64,000 nt of DNA from Naegleria gruberi (Eukaryota). The stretch is taken from the NCBI GenBank assembly GCA_000004985.1, contig GG738924.1; one strand, 5' to 3'. The position numbers were made by a program, and so were the translations under genes. Positions 1 through 12,639 of this stretch are shown piece after piece (within the stretch, counting starts at the first letter, position 1; every line of letters begins with the position of its first letter). The notes beneath the pieces are model-generated. The model did no database searches. It saw only the letters and a list, made by a program, of their open reading frames with translations, and was not told the DNA's origin.

Positions 1-161
1 TATTTTCTTGTTTTGTAAAATCTCAATTCTATTAATACAAATTTCTTTATTAAATTCCTAAATTGACAATCAATAAATTGTAATTAGAAATTTCATCATG
101 TTTACTACAAGTTCAATATAAAGAAGAGGGAGTGAAAAATAATCAAGTGAGTGCAAATTTT

Positions 162-3100
162 TTATTCTTTATTTTCTCGCAAAGTCCAAATTTTCTTGGA
201 TTTACTGAATCTTGCAATCTTTTGTAAAAGTTCTTTAAAGTAAATGACATCATCTCCTGTAATATAACTAAAATGCTTTCTTACTTCATCAGTTGTGGCT
301 TTTCCACGTTTTTGGAAAAAGGAAACAATGTTATCCACCATTTTGTTTGAACTTTTGTAAACTGGTTTGAGTTCATCAGCCAAATCATTTACATTATTTA
401 CAGATCTAGGTTGATCGCTCATAATATCTTGTTTCTTTCTAATGTTTGCCAAAAGTACAGACGATGCTAATCCACCTTTTGGATTGGTACCACTACTACT
501 TCCCAAAGCAGATACCCTGAGCCCTCCTAATCCATTTTGTCCTGTGAAAGTTGGTACAGATAAAGGCATGCTTTTTCTTAATTCTCCTGATTTTTTTAAT
601 TCCTTAACAGCAATTTCAGCTATTTGTTTTGCTTGTTTTTCCAAAATTGATGTTTCAGAACTGGTAGTATTCACAACAGAGTCATGATTGAAAATACTTT
701 TAACAGACTTTTCGTCAAATAAGCATTGCAAAATATAAGTCTCATCCTTTTTTGAGTCATCTTCTGAGCCCTTGAATTTTTCTACACGATATTCCACATC
801 TTTCTTCTTCTTCTTAATTGTTGGCATGTCTTGCCTTAAAATTTCACTATTCGAGAACAAATTACCAGTCTCTGTATTCTCTTCATCATCGTCATAAGGA
901 ATAGATTTGTTGCCATTCTTTCTTCTCACAGAGTCATATTCTTTACCAAGAGTAAATAACTCATAAAGATCATTGGACTTGAAAAATCTCTTTTGTCTAG
1001 GATCCTTGAGAACCTTATTCGAAAGAAATTGTTTGAAAATTTGTCTATGATACATCTTCTCTTCAATAGTACCACTTGTCATCAATCTGTAAACAGTAAC
1101 TTGTTTAGTTTGACCCAATCTCCATGCTCTTTCGAGAGCTTGAAGATCTGTGGATGGATTCCAGTCAGGATCGAATAAAATAATTCTATTTGCACCAATT
1201 AAATTCACACCCAATCCTCCTACCTTTGTTGTTAGTAAAAACACAAAGATTTTGTCATCACTATTGAATTGATTAATCAGTACGCTTCTCTCCTTTACAG
1301 GAGTGTCGCCATCCATTCTAGAATAGGTATAGTCTCGTTCTTGTAAAAATGGTTCAAATACATCTAACATTTTCTTACTTTGAGAAAAGAGTAATACTCT
1401 ATGATTTTGTTCCTTCCAAAGACTCAATAGCTTTTCTACAACCATCATTTTACCTGACTTTTCTACTGCACCAAAATCATCAGGTTTCTTCTCAGTACAT
1501 ATCAAATCAGGATGATTACAAACTTTTCTGAGATTAGTAATGGCTTTGAAAAGTAAATGTTCTCCATCAAGGGTTCCAGTAACTTCTCTACTCTTCAAAT
1601 ATTCATCATATATCTTAACTTGTTTGTCTGTCAATTTACAAAAAATTACATTTTCCTTCTTTTCAGGTAATTGATGCTTTACATCTTTCTTCATTCTTCT
1701 TAAAAGATATGGCTTGATTAAATCTCTCAGTACACATGAACATTTGTAAGCTGTTTGTACTTGAAATTTGGTTGCATTCGAATAACCACCCTGTGTGATA
1801 GGAATTGAAAATTGGGTGAGAAATACTGGAAGAGTTCCGAGCTTTCCAGGATAACAAAAATCAAATAGTGACCAAAGCTCTTTCAAATTGTTTTGAATTG
1901 GTGTACCTGTCAAAATAATTCTGTGTGGTGTTTCAAATCTTTTACATGCTAATGTTAAGGCAGCATCAGGATTTCTAATCTTGTGACCCTCGTCCAAGAT
2001 AATATATCCCCACTTTTTAGAAGTAAGCACGTCTTGATAAATTCTTAAAGATTCATATGTTGTGATAAGAACACCATTAGGGCAGCTGGAAACCTTCTCT
2101 ATGAGTGACTCGAAATTGGCTTTAGTTCCTTGAGATGTGTGCATAATCACAACTCTAAGCTCTGGCCACCATGTATTAATTTCTTCTTGCCATTGCTTCA
2201 TTACAGTTGCAGGTGCAATAATGATAGAAGGTTCGAATAATCCACTAAAGTGAAGTCCAGCAAGGAAAGTGGTAATTTGTACAGTCTTTCCCAATCCCTA
2301 TAACATGTTATAAGGATTGAACCAATAAAACTACTTACCATTTCATCTCCCAGTATTCCTCCAACTCCTTGTCTATTCAATTCGCACATCCACTTAAGAG
2401 TAGTCTTTTGATATCCAAATAACTTGTCATAAATCTCTTTAGGGATTGAGTAAGATCCTGCAATTTGTATACTTGGTCCATAATTCACTTTAGTAACTTC
2501 CATTTCTTCGCCTTCATCACTGATTATAAACCTTTTAGTCACTTCTCTTGTTTCATAAAATTCCTCCAATCTCTTTTTATAGTATTCATCATTCGAATCG
2601 TCCTCTTTAAATTCCTTTTTCATTGGTACTTTTTCTTCCTCTTCTTCCTCTTCTTCCTCGTCATCCTCTTGATTTTCCTCATCATCTACATAATCTTCAT
2701 CATCTTCGTCCTCCTTCTTGATTTTCTTTGGTTTTTTATTCTTATCTTGTTCTGGAGCCTTTCGTTTACCTGGTTTAGGCAATTGAAAATATCATTGGCT
2801 TCATTAGAAGGCATATTATCAAACGGAGTAATGATACCTGTTCTAATTAATCTTTCTCTTTCCGATTCATTATTATCATTATCAATTACATTTAATGATT
2901 CTCTAATTTCTCTTCTATCTTCCAATTCTTCGATCATTTCGTCTTTCTTATCCAAGAGAGTTGCAATTTTCTTCTTCAAACTCTTTATTTTCTTTTCATC
3001 ACTACTCGAAAGTGATGATCGTTTATTCAACTCTTTTAATTCCTTTTCATACTTTTCGATTTTTGCATTTAATTTATCAATTCTGCTGTGTTCCTTTTTT

Positions 3101-3336
3101 TCTAATACTTTTTGATTTTCTTCAATTTGTTTATTCACTTCATCCATAACATTCTTTTCAATGTCTTCGGTTCTGAAGGCAGACACTCCCAACATTGATA
3201 AATCGTCTTCGGATGGTCCAACCGACCGAAGTGATGTATTTTCATGTTGTTCTTGTTGTTCGTGTTCATTTGTTGTTGAATTTCTTCCTGAAGATGATGA
3301 TGAAGAGGAAGCTACAGCAGAACGACTGCGCAGCAT
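162..3336 (-). CDS. SNF2-family DNA-dependent ATPase, CSB/ERCC6/Rad26-like. Exons 162..2297 and 2339..2782 are separated by a 41-nt intron (2298..2338, GTAAGT...ATAG). The N-terminal coding part 2783..3336 is in a different frame.
   Basis: Translation carries the SNF2 motifs [13 protein letters not shown] and [18 protein letters not shown]. The block [39 protein letters not shown] is near-identical to human ERCC6/CSB. ORF 2686..3336 carries the CSB-specific N-terminal motif [12 protein letters not shown] followed by an acidic stretch. The intron removes an in-frame VSSFIG insertion between GDEM and GLGKT. The frame change between ORF 2686..3336 and the 2782 ORF (near 2770-2790) is unexplained. 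Confidence 0.85.
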
Positions 3337-3545
3337 TTTTTTTCTTGGTTTTGGCGTACTTGAACATTTTTATTTTTGGGTTACAAAATACACTTCGAAT
3401 TTTCGCTGGAACTCAAAGAAAATTTGCAGTAATCGGTGGTTTCACACTTTAAAAAAAAACGAGTTCTCATTCCAACAAGTAACACCCACGCAGTTGTTGT
3501 AGTTTGGAAGAGGAACTTTGAGATTTTTGCAAAAAAAAACAAAAG

Positions 3546-3581
3546 TGGAGTCATAGGGAATCGAACCCTAGACCTTCTGCA

Positions 3582-3612
<31 letters not shown>

Positions 3613-3618
3613 AACCCC
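3546..3618 (-). tRNA. tRNA-Ala, anticodon UGC. 73 nt, CCA not encoded.
   Basis: The reverse complement folds as a canonical cloverleaf: GGGGTTA acceptor, TAGCTCAGTTGGTAGAGC D-arm, anticodon loop TTTGCAT, T-arm GGGTTCGATTCCC. It has the G3:U70 alanine identity pair. Confidence 0.9.
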
Positions 3619-3743
3619 TTCTTGACTCTTTCTTAAAAATCGCCATAAGTTAATATCATATCATTTTTACAAAACTTTTTTTTTTGTTTATTTATTAAAT
3701 AAACCAGAAATAACACATTGTACTATTGAATTGAAATTTAGAT

Positions 3744-5170
3744 TTATAATTTGGAAATGATGGATTCTATCTTTTGATTAAATTGTGGTCTATCATTCTT
3801 TTGATCAAAACGAATAAGATGGGAGACAAATTCTGGTTCCTTGGCCAACTCTTCAGCAGATAATTGCTCACACAATTGACTCTTGTGGACTGGGAAAATG
3901 ATTGATTGTTCTTGGAGTGGTGTGAATTTCATACCCTTAATAATTTTACAATTGAGAATAAGCTTGAATACTGAGTCTGTTCTCATTACCATACGAGCAT
4001 TCTTTTCATCATCCTTTCTTACGTTTAATCTCAATGAACCAACACCTCTTTGTTGCCATGATGACTTTCCATCAACTACAACAGTTCTATACAACTTGGC
4101 AAGTTTGAATTCTCCCACAACAATTTCTCCCTCTTCTCCAGACTTGATTTCAACAGCAGGAAGATCAATAATTTTGTGACTAGTGGCTCTTGATGGCGAT
4201 TCTGGAATGGATGGATCTTCGGAACCGTCTTCTTCTCCATCTTCACTTTCCTTTGGCTTGTATTCTTGATTGGTCCAAGTTGGTGGTTTGCTACTAATTT
4301 CAAATTTGAATTGGCTTTCACCTGTTGAACCTCCGAATGGACTAGAGAAGGATGAAAATCCACCAAATGAGAATTTACCTGATTCACTTGATGCTGTTGA
4401 AGAGCCATTATTAAAATTAAAGTTGAAAAGTGGTTTCTTTTCTTCTTCCTTCTTTTCTTCAACCTTTGGTTCAGGTTTCTTTTCCTCTTCCTTCTTTTCT
4501 TGTGGAACGACTGCTGCTGTTGGTGTAATTGTGACAGGCTTTGTTTCAACAACAGGAGTTGTGACAGCTGCTGGAGTTGGGAATGTAACTGGAGTAGTTT
4601 GCTTTGGTTGATTGAAAGAGAATGCAAATCCACCGGTTGAAGGAGCTGATGACTTTTCTTGTAATTGTTTCTTCAATGTCTCAGTTTGGTTTTCCAAGTC
4701 TTTAACTCTCTTTTCCAATTCCTTGATAATATTATCCTTAGGATCAGTGGTAGCTGCTGGTTGATTTCCAAAAACAAATCCTCCTGTTGTTGTTGGTGCT
4801 GATGTAGTGTTACCGAATGTCCAAGCCATTTTAGGTGGTTCGGATGTTGTTGAAGACAATCCAGATGCATTTGTTTGTGGAAGAACAAAATTGAATCCTC
4901 CTGTGGCAGGTGTTGATGTAGTTGGTTGTTGTGGATTCTTCTTCTTGGCAACAATTTTTCTGTGTTTTTATGATTGTTCAATTAAATTGTTGTAGATTAA
5001 AGATGTAATTATGTTGTTATCCACATCAATACATTAGATTGCAATAAGTTTGAATGTAAATAATCCTATGTGATGAACACTTACTTCCTTGACTTGATTT
5101 CATCTTCACTAGCCTTTTCAAAAGAACCGGCTTCAACAACTTCTTCCTCTCTATTAATGTTATTGTTCAT
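3744..5170 (-). CDS. Nup50/Nup2-like FG nucleoporin with a C-terminal Ran-binding domain. Exons are 5085..5170 (5' exon with ATG) and 3744..4959. The intron 4960..5084 is 125 nt, GTAAGT...CACAG.
   Basis: FG and FxF repeats (FVFG, FAFSF, FSFGGF, FNFNF) are followed by a RanBD-like block EEGEIVVGEFKLAKLYR...WQQRGVGSLRLN...ARMVMRTD. The reading frame continues upstream of the ORF-track start (TTG) with more FG sequence and no ATG. A short upstream exon MNNNINREEEVVEAGSFEKASEDEIKSRK splices in phase. Confidence 0.7.
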
Positions 5171-5586
5171 TGTATGATGATGAATTATTGTTGTTGTTAT
5201 ACAAAAAAAGATATTGTTGATGTTTTAATTTCATTATACATTCATCCGTACATGTTAAATACAAAAGATTAGCAACAATTTAATAGAATTGGTATTGAAA
5301 CTCTACCTATCAAGGTCGTTTTCAGTGATTTGATATTCGTTGCTTCTCTTGGACATTTTTTTTGCTTCAATTTGTTTTCTCTTGTGGTTTTTCTTGTTGT
5401 GTTCAATATCTAAAGGAAATTCCTCGGATGGGAATTTTATTGCAAACCTCCATAAGCTGAAAGAAGAAGCAAGAAAAAGGTTAGTTTCACTTTTCATTCA
5501 TCATCATTTCATAATTAATAATATTATCAAACTGAACAGATTGTGAACAGGATTTGAAAAATAATAAAAAAATAAATATTTAAAAA

Positions 5587-6150
5587 ATGAGTAAACTTGC
5601 AAAGGTCGGAGAACAGTCATTCAACAAGATAGACAAGATCAACTCTGAATTACTTGCCATGACTTATGGCTCTCTTGTAACACAAATGTTGAAGGATTTT
5701 GAAGATGTTGCTGCTGTGAATACACAATTGGAAAAGATGGGATACAAGATGGGTATGAGACTCATCGATGAGTTCATGTCAAAGAGTGGTTTAGGATCGG
5801 GTGCATGTCGGGAGTTTAAAGACACTGCGGAATCTATTGCTAAAGTTGCTTTTAAAATGTTTTTAGGAGTGAATGCCAATATCACCAATTGGTCAAAGGA
5901 TCAATCAGAATATAGTCTTGTCTTTGATGAAAATCCATTGAACGATTTTGTGGAATTACCAGAAAATATCAAACAAAAACGATTGTATTATTCTAATATT
6001 ATTTGTGGAGTTATCAGAGGTGCTTTGGAAATGGTTTTGATGCGTGTTGATTGTGAATTTAGAAAATGTCCATTGTTAGGTGATGATCAATCTGAAATTC
6101 GTGTGAGATTGAAGGAATATTTACGTGAAACTGTTCCAGCAGAAGATTAA
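5587..6150 (+). CDS. TRAPPC3: TRAPP complex subunit Bet3/TRAPPC3
   Basis: Full-length colinear match to TRAPPC3 (LTYGSLVTQMLKDFEDV, IAKVAFKMFLGVNANITNWS, CGVIRGALEMV). ATG start, TAA stop. Confidence 0.9.
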   Translation: MSKLAKVGEQSFNKIDKINSELLAMTYGSLVTQMLKDFEDVAAVNTQLEKMGYKMGMRLIDEFMSKSGLGSGACREFKDTAESIAKVAFKMFLGVNANITNWSKDQSEYSLVFDENPLNDFVELPENIKQKRLYYSNIICGVIRGALEMVLMRVDCEFRKCPLLGDDQSEIRVRLKEYLRETVPAED

Positions 6151-6538
6151 TAACAACAACAACAACATGATCAATAGATTTGTGTGGACACGTATTTTGT
6201 AATTTATATTATTTAATTGTAAATTTTAATAACATTGAAGCTTTAACGAATTGATAATGCAGGATTATTTATATCATCATCATCATCTTTGTTTCATCAA
6301 TATTCATTTTCTAATTGACTATAGTATTCATTCATCTTTTCATATATCCCATTCAAAGGAAAGGCTAAATGCTTGGGATTTAATAGTTCCTCCTCTCTTC
6401 AACATGTTGTATTTATCAATAATTGAAACAAGCCTTTGATTTCACTGCTCTGAGGAAATTCTCACTCGACCTTATCAATTTTTACTACAGAAAAAAAACA
6501 TCAAACGAGACTTCCACCACCGATTGAATTCATTCAAC

Positions 6539-8260
6539 ATGTTCTTCAAAGGAAAGGCTACTTTTTGTCCTACAATGTATTGGATGGTATGTGGGGAGGT
6601 AGAGCTGAGAGGAGACTCAAGTCAACCATCATCTTCTGAGGATGTTTCTTCCATCTTGTTTTCTAATAGTGATCGTCAACAACCTGTAGATTCTTCCTCC
6701 TTTAATATCACCTCTAAGGCTTCCTCTCATGAAGGTCACATTAGTATTGGATCATCTTCATCAGAAACTTTGAGAAGAAAGGGTGATCATCATAATAGCC
6801 TTGTCAAATCTATCAAGGATCGTTTGGTAGGCTTGGATCATTCAAGAAAGGCCTCATCCTCAATTCGATCATCATCATCATCAGAGAAAGATTATCAGCA
6901 ACAACAAATGGCAAGGATGGGCTATCTTGTGGAGAATAGTGAAAGGCAGAGAGGTGTTCTCATAGTTTGTAATCTCTTTGAAGAAAGCCTTTCGAATGGT
7001 TGTACAGAATTAGAGGTTTCTTGGGTTACAAAACGATGTCAAATTCAACCTGGTCAAATTCTCTATGCACCAAAGGTAAAAGCCTACAAGCAGGATACGG
7101 TTGATGAAGATTCAATTCAATTCTTTATTGTTGCTCGATATGTCAAGTTGGTTTCTCAAAAGTCTGCCATCTACCAATTCTTTGAACCTAACAGTAAGAA
7201 GATGTTATTGGAACCGAGTGAGTTCATTCAACAGGAAAAAAATCAAAAGAAGAGATTATTCACAGATGCTTCCACTCAAATATCGTGTGATAAGGAAAAT
7301 GAGGTTCCTACAAGAATCGAGGAACCATTTCAACAATTGTTGAAGAAGACTAAGAGGTTGAATTCTACTCCTGCCACCACTATTTCTAAAACAGCATCTG
7401 CTCCTTCAGCTTCTTCAAATACAAAGAATTCTCCTAAAGATTCTGTTGCATCCACCTCTTTCTCTTCAAACACCAAGAACAAGAAGGAACAATGCAGACA
7501 AAGAATTAAGGCCATCAAGAAGAAAATCATGAAAAAGGTTGAAGAAACTCAATCCAAGATGGACTCGTCCATTCTACCAATGTCCACAACAATTGTCAAG
7601 ACTGAACAGTTAGAACAGAGAGCAGACTCTGTAATTTTTGATTCAGGTACACCTTCCTTCTTTAACAATGGATTTATTAGTGATATTGTTGTTATTTCTG
7701 ATGATGAAGAGGAGGAATCACATGCCAAAGCACATGAAAGCTTGTCAACTATGCAAAGTATTACTCCTCTCATTTGTTCAGAAACACCAATCATTCCAAG
7801 CTCAAGAACAATCCGTGTCAAGAGAGATTTGATTAGTGAGGAAGATAAGGAAATTAACCTATCATCAAATTCACCAATCACTCTCTCAATGCTCTACTCG
7901 ACTGCAAATCAAGTGAAAGAAATGTGTTCAATCCTTGACAAGTCACCCTTACTAGAAATCTCCCAAAAGGAAGAAAATGAAGCCATACTCACCAATGAGA
8001 ATGCCCTCTTCACACAAGAACAACTCGCCCCACAAGTGGATGAAACATCCTCAAGCAGCAGAAGTGGAGTATCTTCAAGTCACAATTTGGAATTACAAAA
8101 GGAATACCTTAAACCTTTGGCCAATAGAAGAACTGATTTTGAGAAGCAAGGTGAACCAAGCAATGAAGGTTCCAATAACACACTGGAGAAGGATGGAGTA
8201 TCATCACCAAACTTTAACAACTCAATTGTAAAGGAAGAGGAAAATGCAACCTCCCAATAA
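6539..8260 (+). CDS. Hypothetical Ser-rich protein. First ATG is at 6539; the ORF track begins at an upstream TTG.
   Basis: Long uninterrupted ORF with low-complexity S/T-rich composition and a more complex central block (VLIVCNLFEESLSNGCTELEVSWVTKRCQIQPGQILYAPKV). No recognisable domain. Confidence 0.4.
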   Translation: MFFKGKATFCPTMYWMVCGEVELRGDSSQPSSSEDVSSILFSNSDRQQPVDSSSFNITSKASSHEGHISIGSSSSETLRRKGDHHNSLVKSIKDRLVGLDHSRKASSSIRSSSSSEKDYQQQQMARMGYLVENSERQRGVLIVCNLFEESLSNGCTELEVSWVTKRCQIQPGQILYAPKVKAYKQDTVDEDSIQFFIVARYVKLVSQKSAIYQFFEPNSKKMLLEPSEFIQQEKNQKKRLFTDASTQISCDKENEVPTRIEEPFQQLLKKTKRLNSTPATTISKTASAPSASSNTKNSPKDSVASTSFSSNTKNKKEQCRQRIKAIKKKIMKKVEETQSKMDSSILPMSTTIVKTEQLEQRADSVIFDSGTPSFFNNGFISDIVVISDDEEEESHAKAHESLSTMQSITPLICSETPIIPSSRTIRVKRDLISEEDKEINLSSNSPITLSMLYSTANQVKEMCSILDKSPLLEISQKEENEAILTNENALFTQEQLAPQVDETSSSSRSGVSSSHNLELQKEYLKPLANRRTDFEKQGEPSNEGSNNTLEKDGVSSPNFNNSIVKEEENATSQ

Positions 8261-8668
8261 AAAACCTCCTCACACTTCTCCTAATAAGTTTCTCCAAGAT
8301 GATGAATAGCTTTACAGTGACCACTAATTTCTGAGTTGAAGTTAATGAGGGGAAAGTTGAGCCCTTTCAGAAATCAAGTCAAACAGTATAAGGGTGGTCA
8401 AGGTTGAATTCATATTTAATAACGGTTACTTGTTTGTTGCAAGCGAAAAAAGACATCATCTATTTTAAAAAAATAGCCAACAACCGCTGCTGTTCGAAGC
8501 TTTGAGGGTCGCTTGTTGTTTTTATTAAGGCATCATCACAGGTGACCATACCATCATCATTACATTATTGATTATCGTTTAAATCTGCTTCTTTTCTAGT
8601 TGTAAAATAATAAGCAAGAACATTAGTGTACATACCATCTATAATTTAAAATCTTCATAAGAACCAAA

Positions 8669-11600
8669 ATGAAAAAGATATCAACCTTTTTAAAGAGGAA
8701 GGAAAGTGAACATAGATCAAAGCATGCCAGCAATAGCAGCTCTGGGAGTTCTCCAATCTCTCCGAATCATCAAGGCTTTGTGATGGTTGAACATGAAGAC
8801 GCCATTCTAATTTCTAAAAACAGCAGCACAACAAGTTCAACAGCTGTGGAATGGAATGAAAAGCTTGAAGAGGATTTCAAGCAATACTTGGACAAAACCT
8901 TCAAGAATCAAACTGAAACAATAGAAAAGTTGATGGCCCTTCCACCAAAGAAAAAGATGGAAATTCTCAAATTGAAGCAATCTCAGATCAGTTCTCAGAA
9001 CAATATCTTACTTCACTTGGAAACAACAATGAATAACATCAAACATCCGCTCTCCACCTTGACACTACATACGCAACTGAAGGAATTGAGAGTTGTCTTG
9101 TCAAACTATGCCGAAGCAGAAGAAGCATTCATCAATAGAGGTGGTGTTGATTTCACCATGAAATCTCTTTCCAATAATCTCGGTAATCTGAATGGAGCTG
9201 CAGACGAGAATAACAAACTCTTGTTTGCTGAAATTACCATCTCTATTATTATGATCTTGACTCAAATTTGCAAAAACAATGAAGGATTGGAAAAGTTTTT
9301 AGAATATCCAAATAGTATTGAAGAAATCTCCAAGGCTCTCTTACTGGAACATGAAGATAAGGGTCAGAGGAACTCGATATATTTCCTATTGTCATCATTG
9401 TGTTTTTGTAGGGATGGTACCTACGTTCCACAAGTTTATGAATCTGTTAAGAATTTGTCAAAAATTAGAGGTGAAGAACAATTCTTAACTGTTGTGCAGC
9501 ATTTGAGAGAGGCCAACAGTTTAAAGAGCAGATACATCATTCTGGCCTTTATCAATATTTTGATGAGGCAAGCTCCTGTTCAATTCAGAAGAGAGCTAAA
9601 GCAACGATTTATCAGCGCAGGTGTTTATACTGAGGTTAAAAAACTGGAAAAGATTAAAGTGGAAAATAAGGATACAGAGGATGCCCTCAAGCTAAGCAAC
9701 CAAATAGAAATTTTCAACAAGATTATTTCTGGAGATTTAGAAGAAGATATTTTTGATGATTTGAGAGAAATTGTCGAAGAATTAGAAAATTCTAATGTTC
9801 CTCTAGCTGAGGGAATTAAGGCAGTTTCTGAAAAGATGTTGGAGAAATGTAATCAAACTTCGTAAGTTTTAAACAGTTTCAACATCATTAATTATTTATT
9901 CAACAACAGATCAAGTTTGGAATGGGTCAATGATATCAAAATAATTTTGGAGGGAAGTGAATCTGTAAACTTGTTAAAAGATAGAAATCTCTCACTTCAA
10001 AAACAAGTGGATACCATTACAAAAGATAATGCACAATTAAAAGATCAAATGGAAAAGCTAAAAGTCAGAATTGAAGCTTTGGAGAAGGCACCACCAACAG
10101 TTATTGTGAAAAAGGTTGCAGTTGTAAGACAAGTTGGAGAATTGAAATCGTCTGGTTCCGGTAGTAATCTTGCAGGTTTAGTGGAATCCAATTCACCGAC
10201 AACATCACCTCCTAATATTTTTCCAGATGATACAGTTCCCTCTTGTAACAGCTCTGTTCCACCACCTCCTCAAGCTAGCTCTGTAGTGCCTCCACCTCCA
10301 GGAATGGGAGGTGTTGTTCCTCCACCACCAATTGGTTCAAGCTCAGTTCCTTTGCCTCCCATGACCATCAGTAGCTCTGTTCCTCCTCCACCTGTGGGGT
10401 TCAATAGTTCTGTTCCACCTTCGTCATCTATTCCTTTACCACCAGTAATGGGAACTGTTCCACCAAATTCTGCCATTCCTTTGCCACCAGGAATGAATAG
10501 CTCTGTTCCAATGCCTCCAGGTATTCCTGTACCACCAGGAATAGAAATGCCAGTGGTAGGAAGTACTGTTCCTCCTCCTCCAGGTTTTGGTGGCGTTCCT
10601 CCTTCTGGGTCTGTTGTTCCTCCACCTCCAGTTGGAATGACTAGCTCAGTACCATTACCTCCAGGAATGGGAGTATTGTTCCTCCACCGCCTTTCTCAAA
10701 TGTACCAATGCCTCCTGGTTTTGGAGGTGTTCCACCTCCTCCTGGAATGAATGGTACTGTTCCAGTTCCTCCACTAGGAGTGGGAATGCCACCCCCACCA
10801 ATGTTTGGATTTGTACAAACACCACCTGTTATTGCAAGTGCTCCAAAACTTCCAGACATACCTAAGAAGAAGGCTTCTGTGCCCACTAAGGACGTAAGAC
10901 TCAACAAACTAGATAATAACAAACTTCAAAAGTCTGTTTGGATGAAGAAGAACATTCATGCCAAGTTATTCGATATTGATATTCCAGAAAAAGAATTAGA
11001 AGATATGTTCGCTCAAATTTCTAAATCCCCTAGTGTAGGTTTAACTCCAGAAAAGTCAGAAAAACCAAAGGATACAACAATAAGTTTATTGGAAGGACCT
11101 AGATTGCAAAACGTTTCCATCTTTATGAAATATCTCAAGATGCCTTCAACTCAGTTGGTTGAAAAGATAATGACCATCTCTGATGATTTTAATGAGGAAT
11201 CAATTGGAAAATTGTTGAATCAAGTTCCTAATGAAGATGAAATTCAAAGACAAAATGATTTTGATGGAGATGAAGCCACATTGAATGAAGCCGATAAGTT
11301 TATCAGAGCCATGATGAAGGTTCCGAGACTTGCTTCCAGATTGAAATGTTGGAATTTCAAGTTGAAATATGTTGAAACAAAGGCTTGTATCAACCCAGAC
11401 TTGGAAACCATCATTTCAACATGTGCTAGTTTGGTAGAATCTGAAAAACTTCAAGAATTGTTTGCTGTCATTTTGGCTTTCAGTAATTACCTTAGCAGGA
11501 CTGGTATCCATGGATTCAAATTGAACTCTCTCCAAAAATTAAAAGAAACAAAAGGTAATGCTAAGAACATTACGCTCCTTGATATGATTGTCAAGCATAT

Positions 11601-12510
11601 TACAAGTGCAAAACCAGATATTCTCAAAGTTAAAGAAGATTTGAACATGTTGGAAAGGGCTGCCAGAGTTGAAATGCAAACATTAGCAGACAAGATTGAC
11701 AGTATGGAAAAGTCTATTGCTCTTCTGAAAACAGAGATTCAATACTATAGTAAAAATCCACAGCCAAACGATAGATTCTTGGAAGTTTTTGGATCCTTCC
11801 TGAATGAATGTGAGGATGAAATGAAACTTATTAAGGAAAAGCAACAAAATATGGATAATCAAATTTCAGGGGTTGCTGAATTCTTGGGTGAAGACCCAAA
11901 CACTGTAAAGAAGGAACCAAAGGAAATGTTTTTAATGTTAAATTCATTCATTACTGACTTGTACAAATCAGTAGATAATTTGAAAAAGGAAGAAGAAAAG
12001 AGAAAGAAGGAAGAAAGCAAGCTTGCTAAGGAGAAAGACAATCGTCCATCATCCCCTGTAGTTACAGTTGGTGGATTGAAGGCATTTAATTCATTCAGAA
12101 CACCATCTAAAGTTCCTCTCATTGCTGAAAATGCAGATGTTTCTGTAACACCAAGCAGTCCTGTAACTCCAATTATTATTTCCTTACCAGATAGTGAACC
12201 AAGTGTGGAAATCACTTCTCCAAGTACACCAATTCAAGAGAAGCAAAATGAGCCAACTATCGAATTAACCAAGAATGGACATGATTTGCTTTCACCTTCG
12301 ATGCAAATGGGTAATTCTTTCGAAGAAAATAGTCCATCAAGACGTAGTGGTCACATTAGAAATCCTTCCATTCTCATGTCTCTTGAAAAGTCCCTATATG
12401 AAGGTTCTGCCTTATTGTCCCCATCTACAAAGACAAGAAAGAGAGGTGGAGGAATGATGACAGGTTTAGATATGAATGAATTGAGTGCTGCATTAAATAA
12501 AAAAAAGTAA
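8669..12510 (+). CDS. Diaphanous-type formin (GBD/FH3 - FH1 - FH2). Exon 1 is 8669..9861, followed by a 48-nt intron 9862..9909 (GTAAGT...ACAG). Exon 2 runs 9910..12510, with an apparent 1-bp frame disruption in the FH1 repeat near 10670-10680.
   Basis: N-terminal armadillo-like GBD/FH3 region, then a coiled coil. FH1 has about 12 poly-Pro repeats (VPPPPGMGGVVPPPP...). The FH2 domain starts at KKASVPTKDVRLNKLDNNKLQKSVWMKK...MFAQ and runs to the stop. Frame A (9917..10750) and frame B (10708..12510) both encode FH1-like Pro repeats. One repeat copy reads tattgtt where an earlier copy reads gtgttgtt. Confidence 0.85.
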
Positions 12511-12639
12511 TCTTCAATTTGCTAGTAAAGGTATTTTGTATGTTTCTTGTTTCTTATTGGACATTTCCAAAACGAACCCTTCAAAGACTTGAACTCAGAG
12601 GCGCGAAAGAAAACGTGTTTTGATTTTTATCTTAAAAAA

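Noticed and set aside
2770-2790. An 11-nt GT...AG segment (gtaaacgaaag) that would restore the CSB reading frame if spliced
   Set aside because: It is far below the minimum length for a spliceosomal intron (the other introns here are 38-125 nt). An indel is more likely.
2465-3115. 216-aa plus-strand ORF rich in F/L/I, overlapping the CSB gene
   Set aside because: Antisense, low-complexity translation of the GAA/GAT-rich acidic coding region on the other strand. There is no start context and no domain.
4076-4633. Minus-strand ORF (185 aa, Q/K-rich) and plus-strand ORF 4270..4611 inside the nucleoporin gene
   Set aside because: They are alternative-frame or antisense readings of the repetitive FG/KEE-repeat coding sequence. 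The nucleoporin frame has the conserved RanBD and is the real one.
10270-10922. Several Gly/Pro-rich minus-strand ORFs inside the formin FH1 region
   Set aside because: Antisense readings of poly-Pro (CCN) repeats give poly-Gly (NGG) ORFs. These are artefacts of repeat composition.
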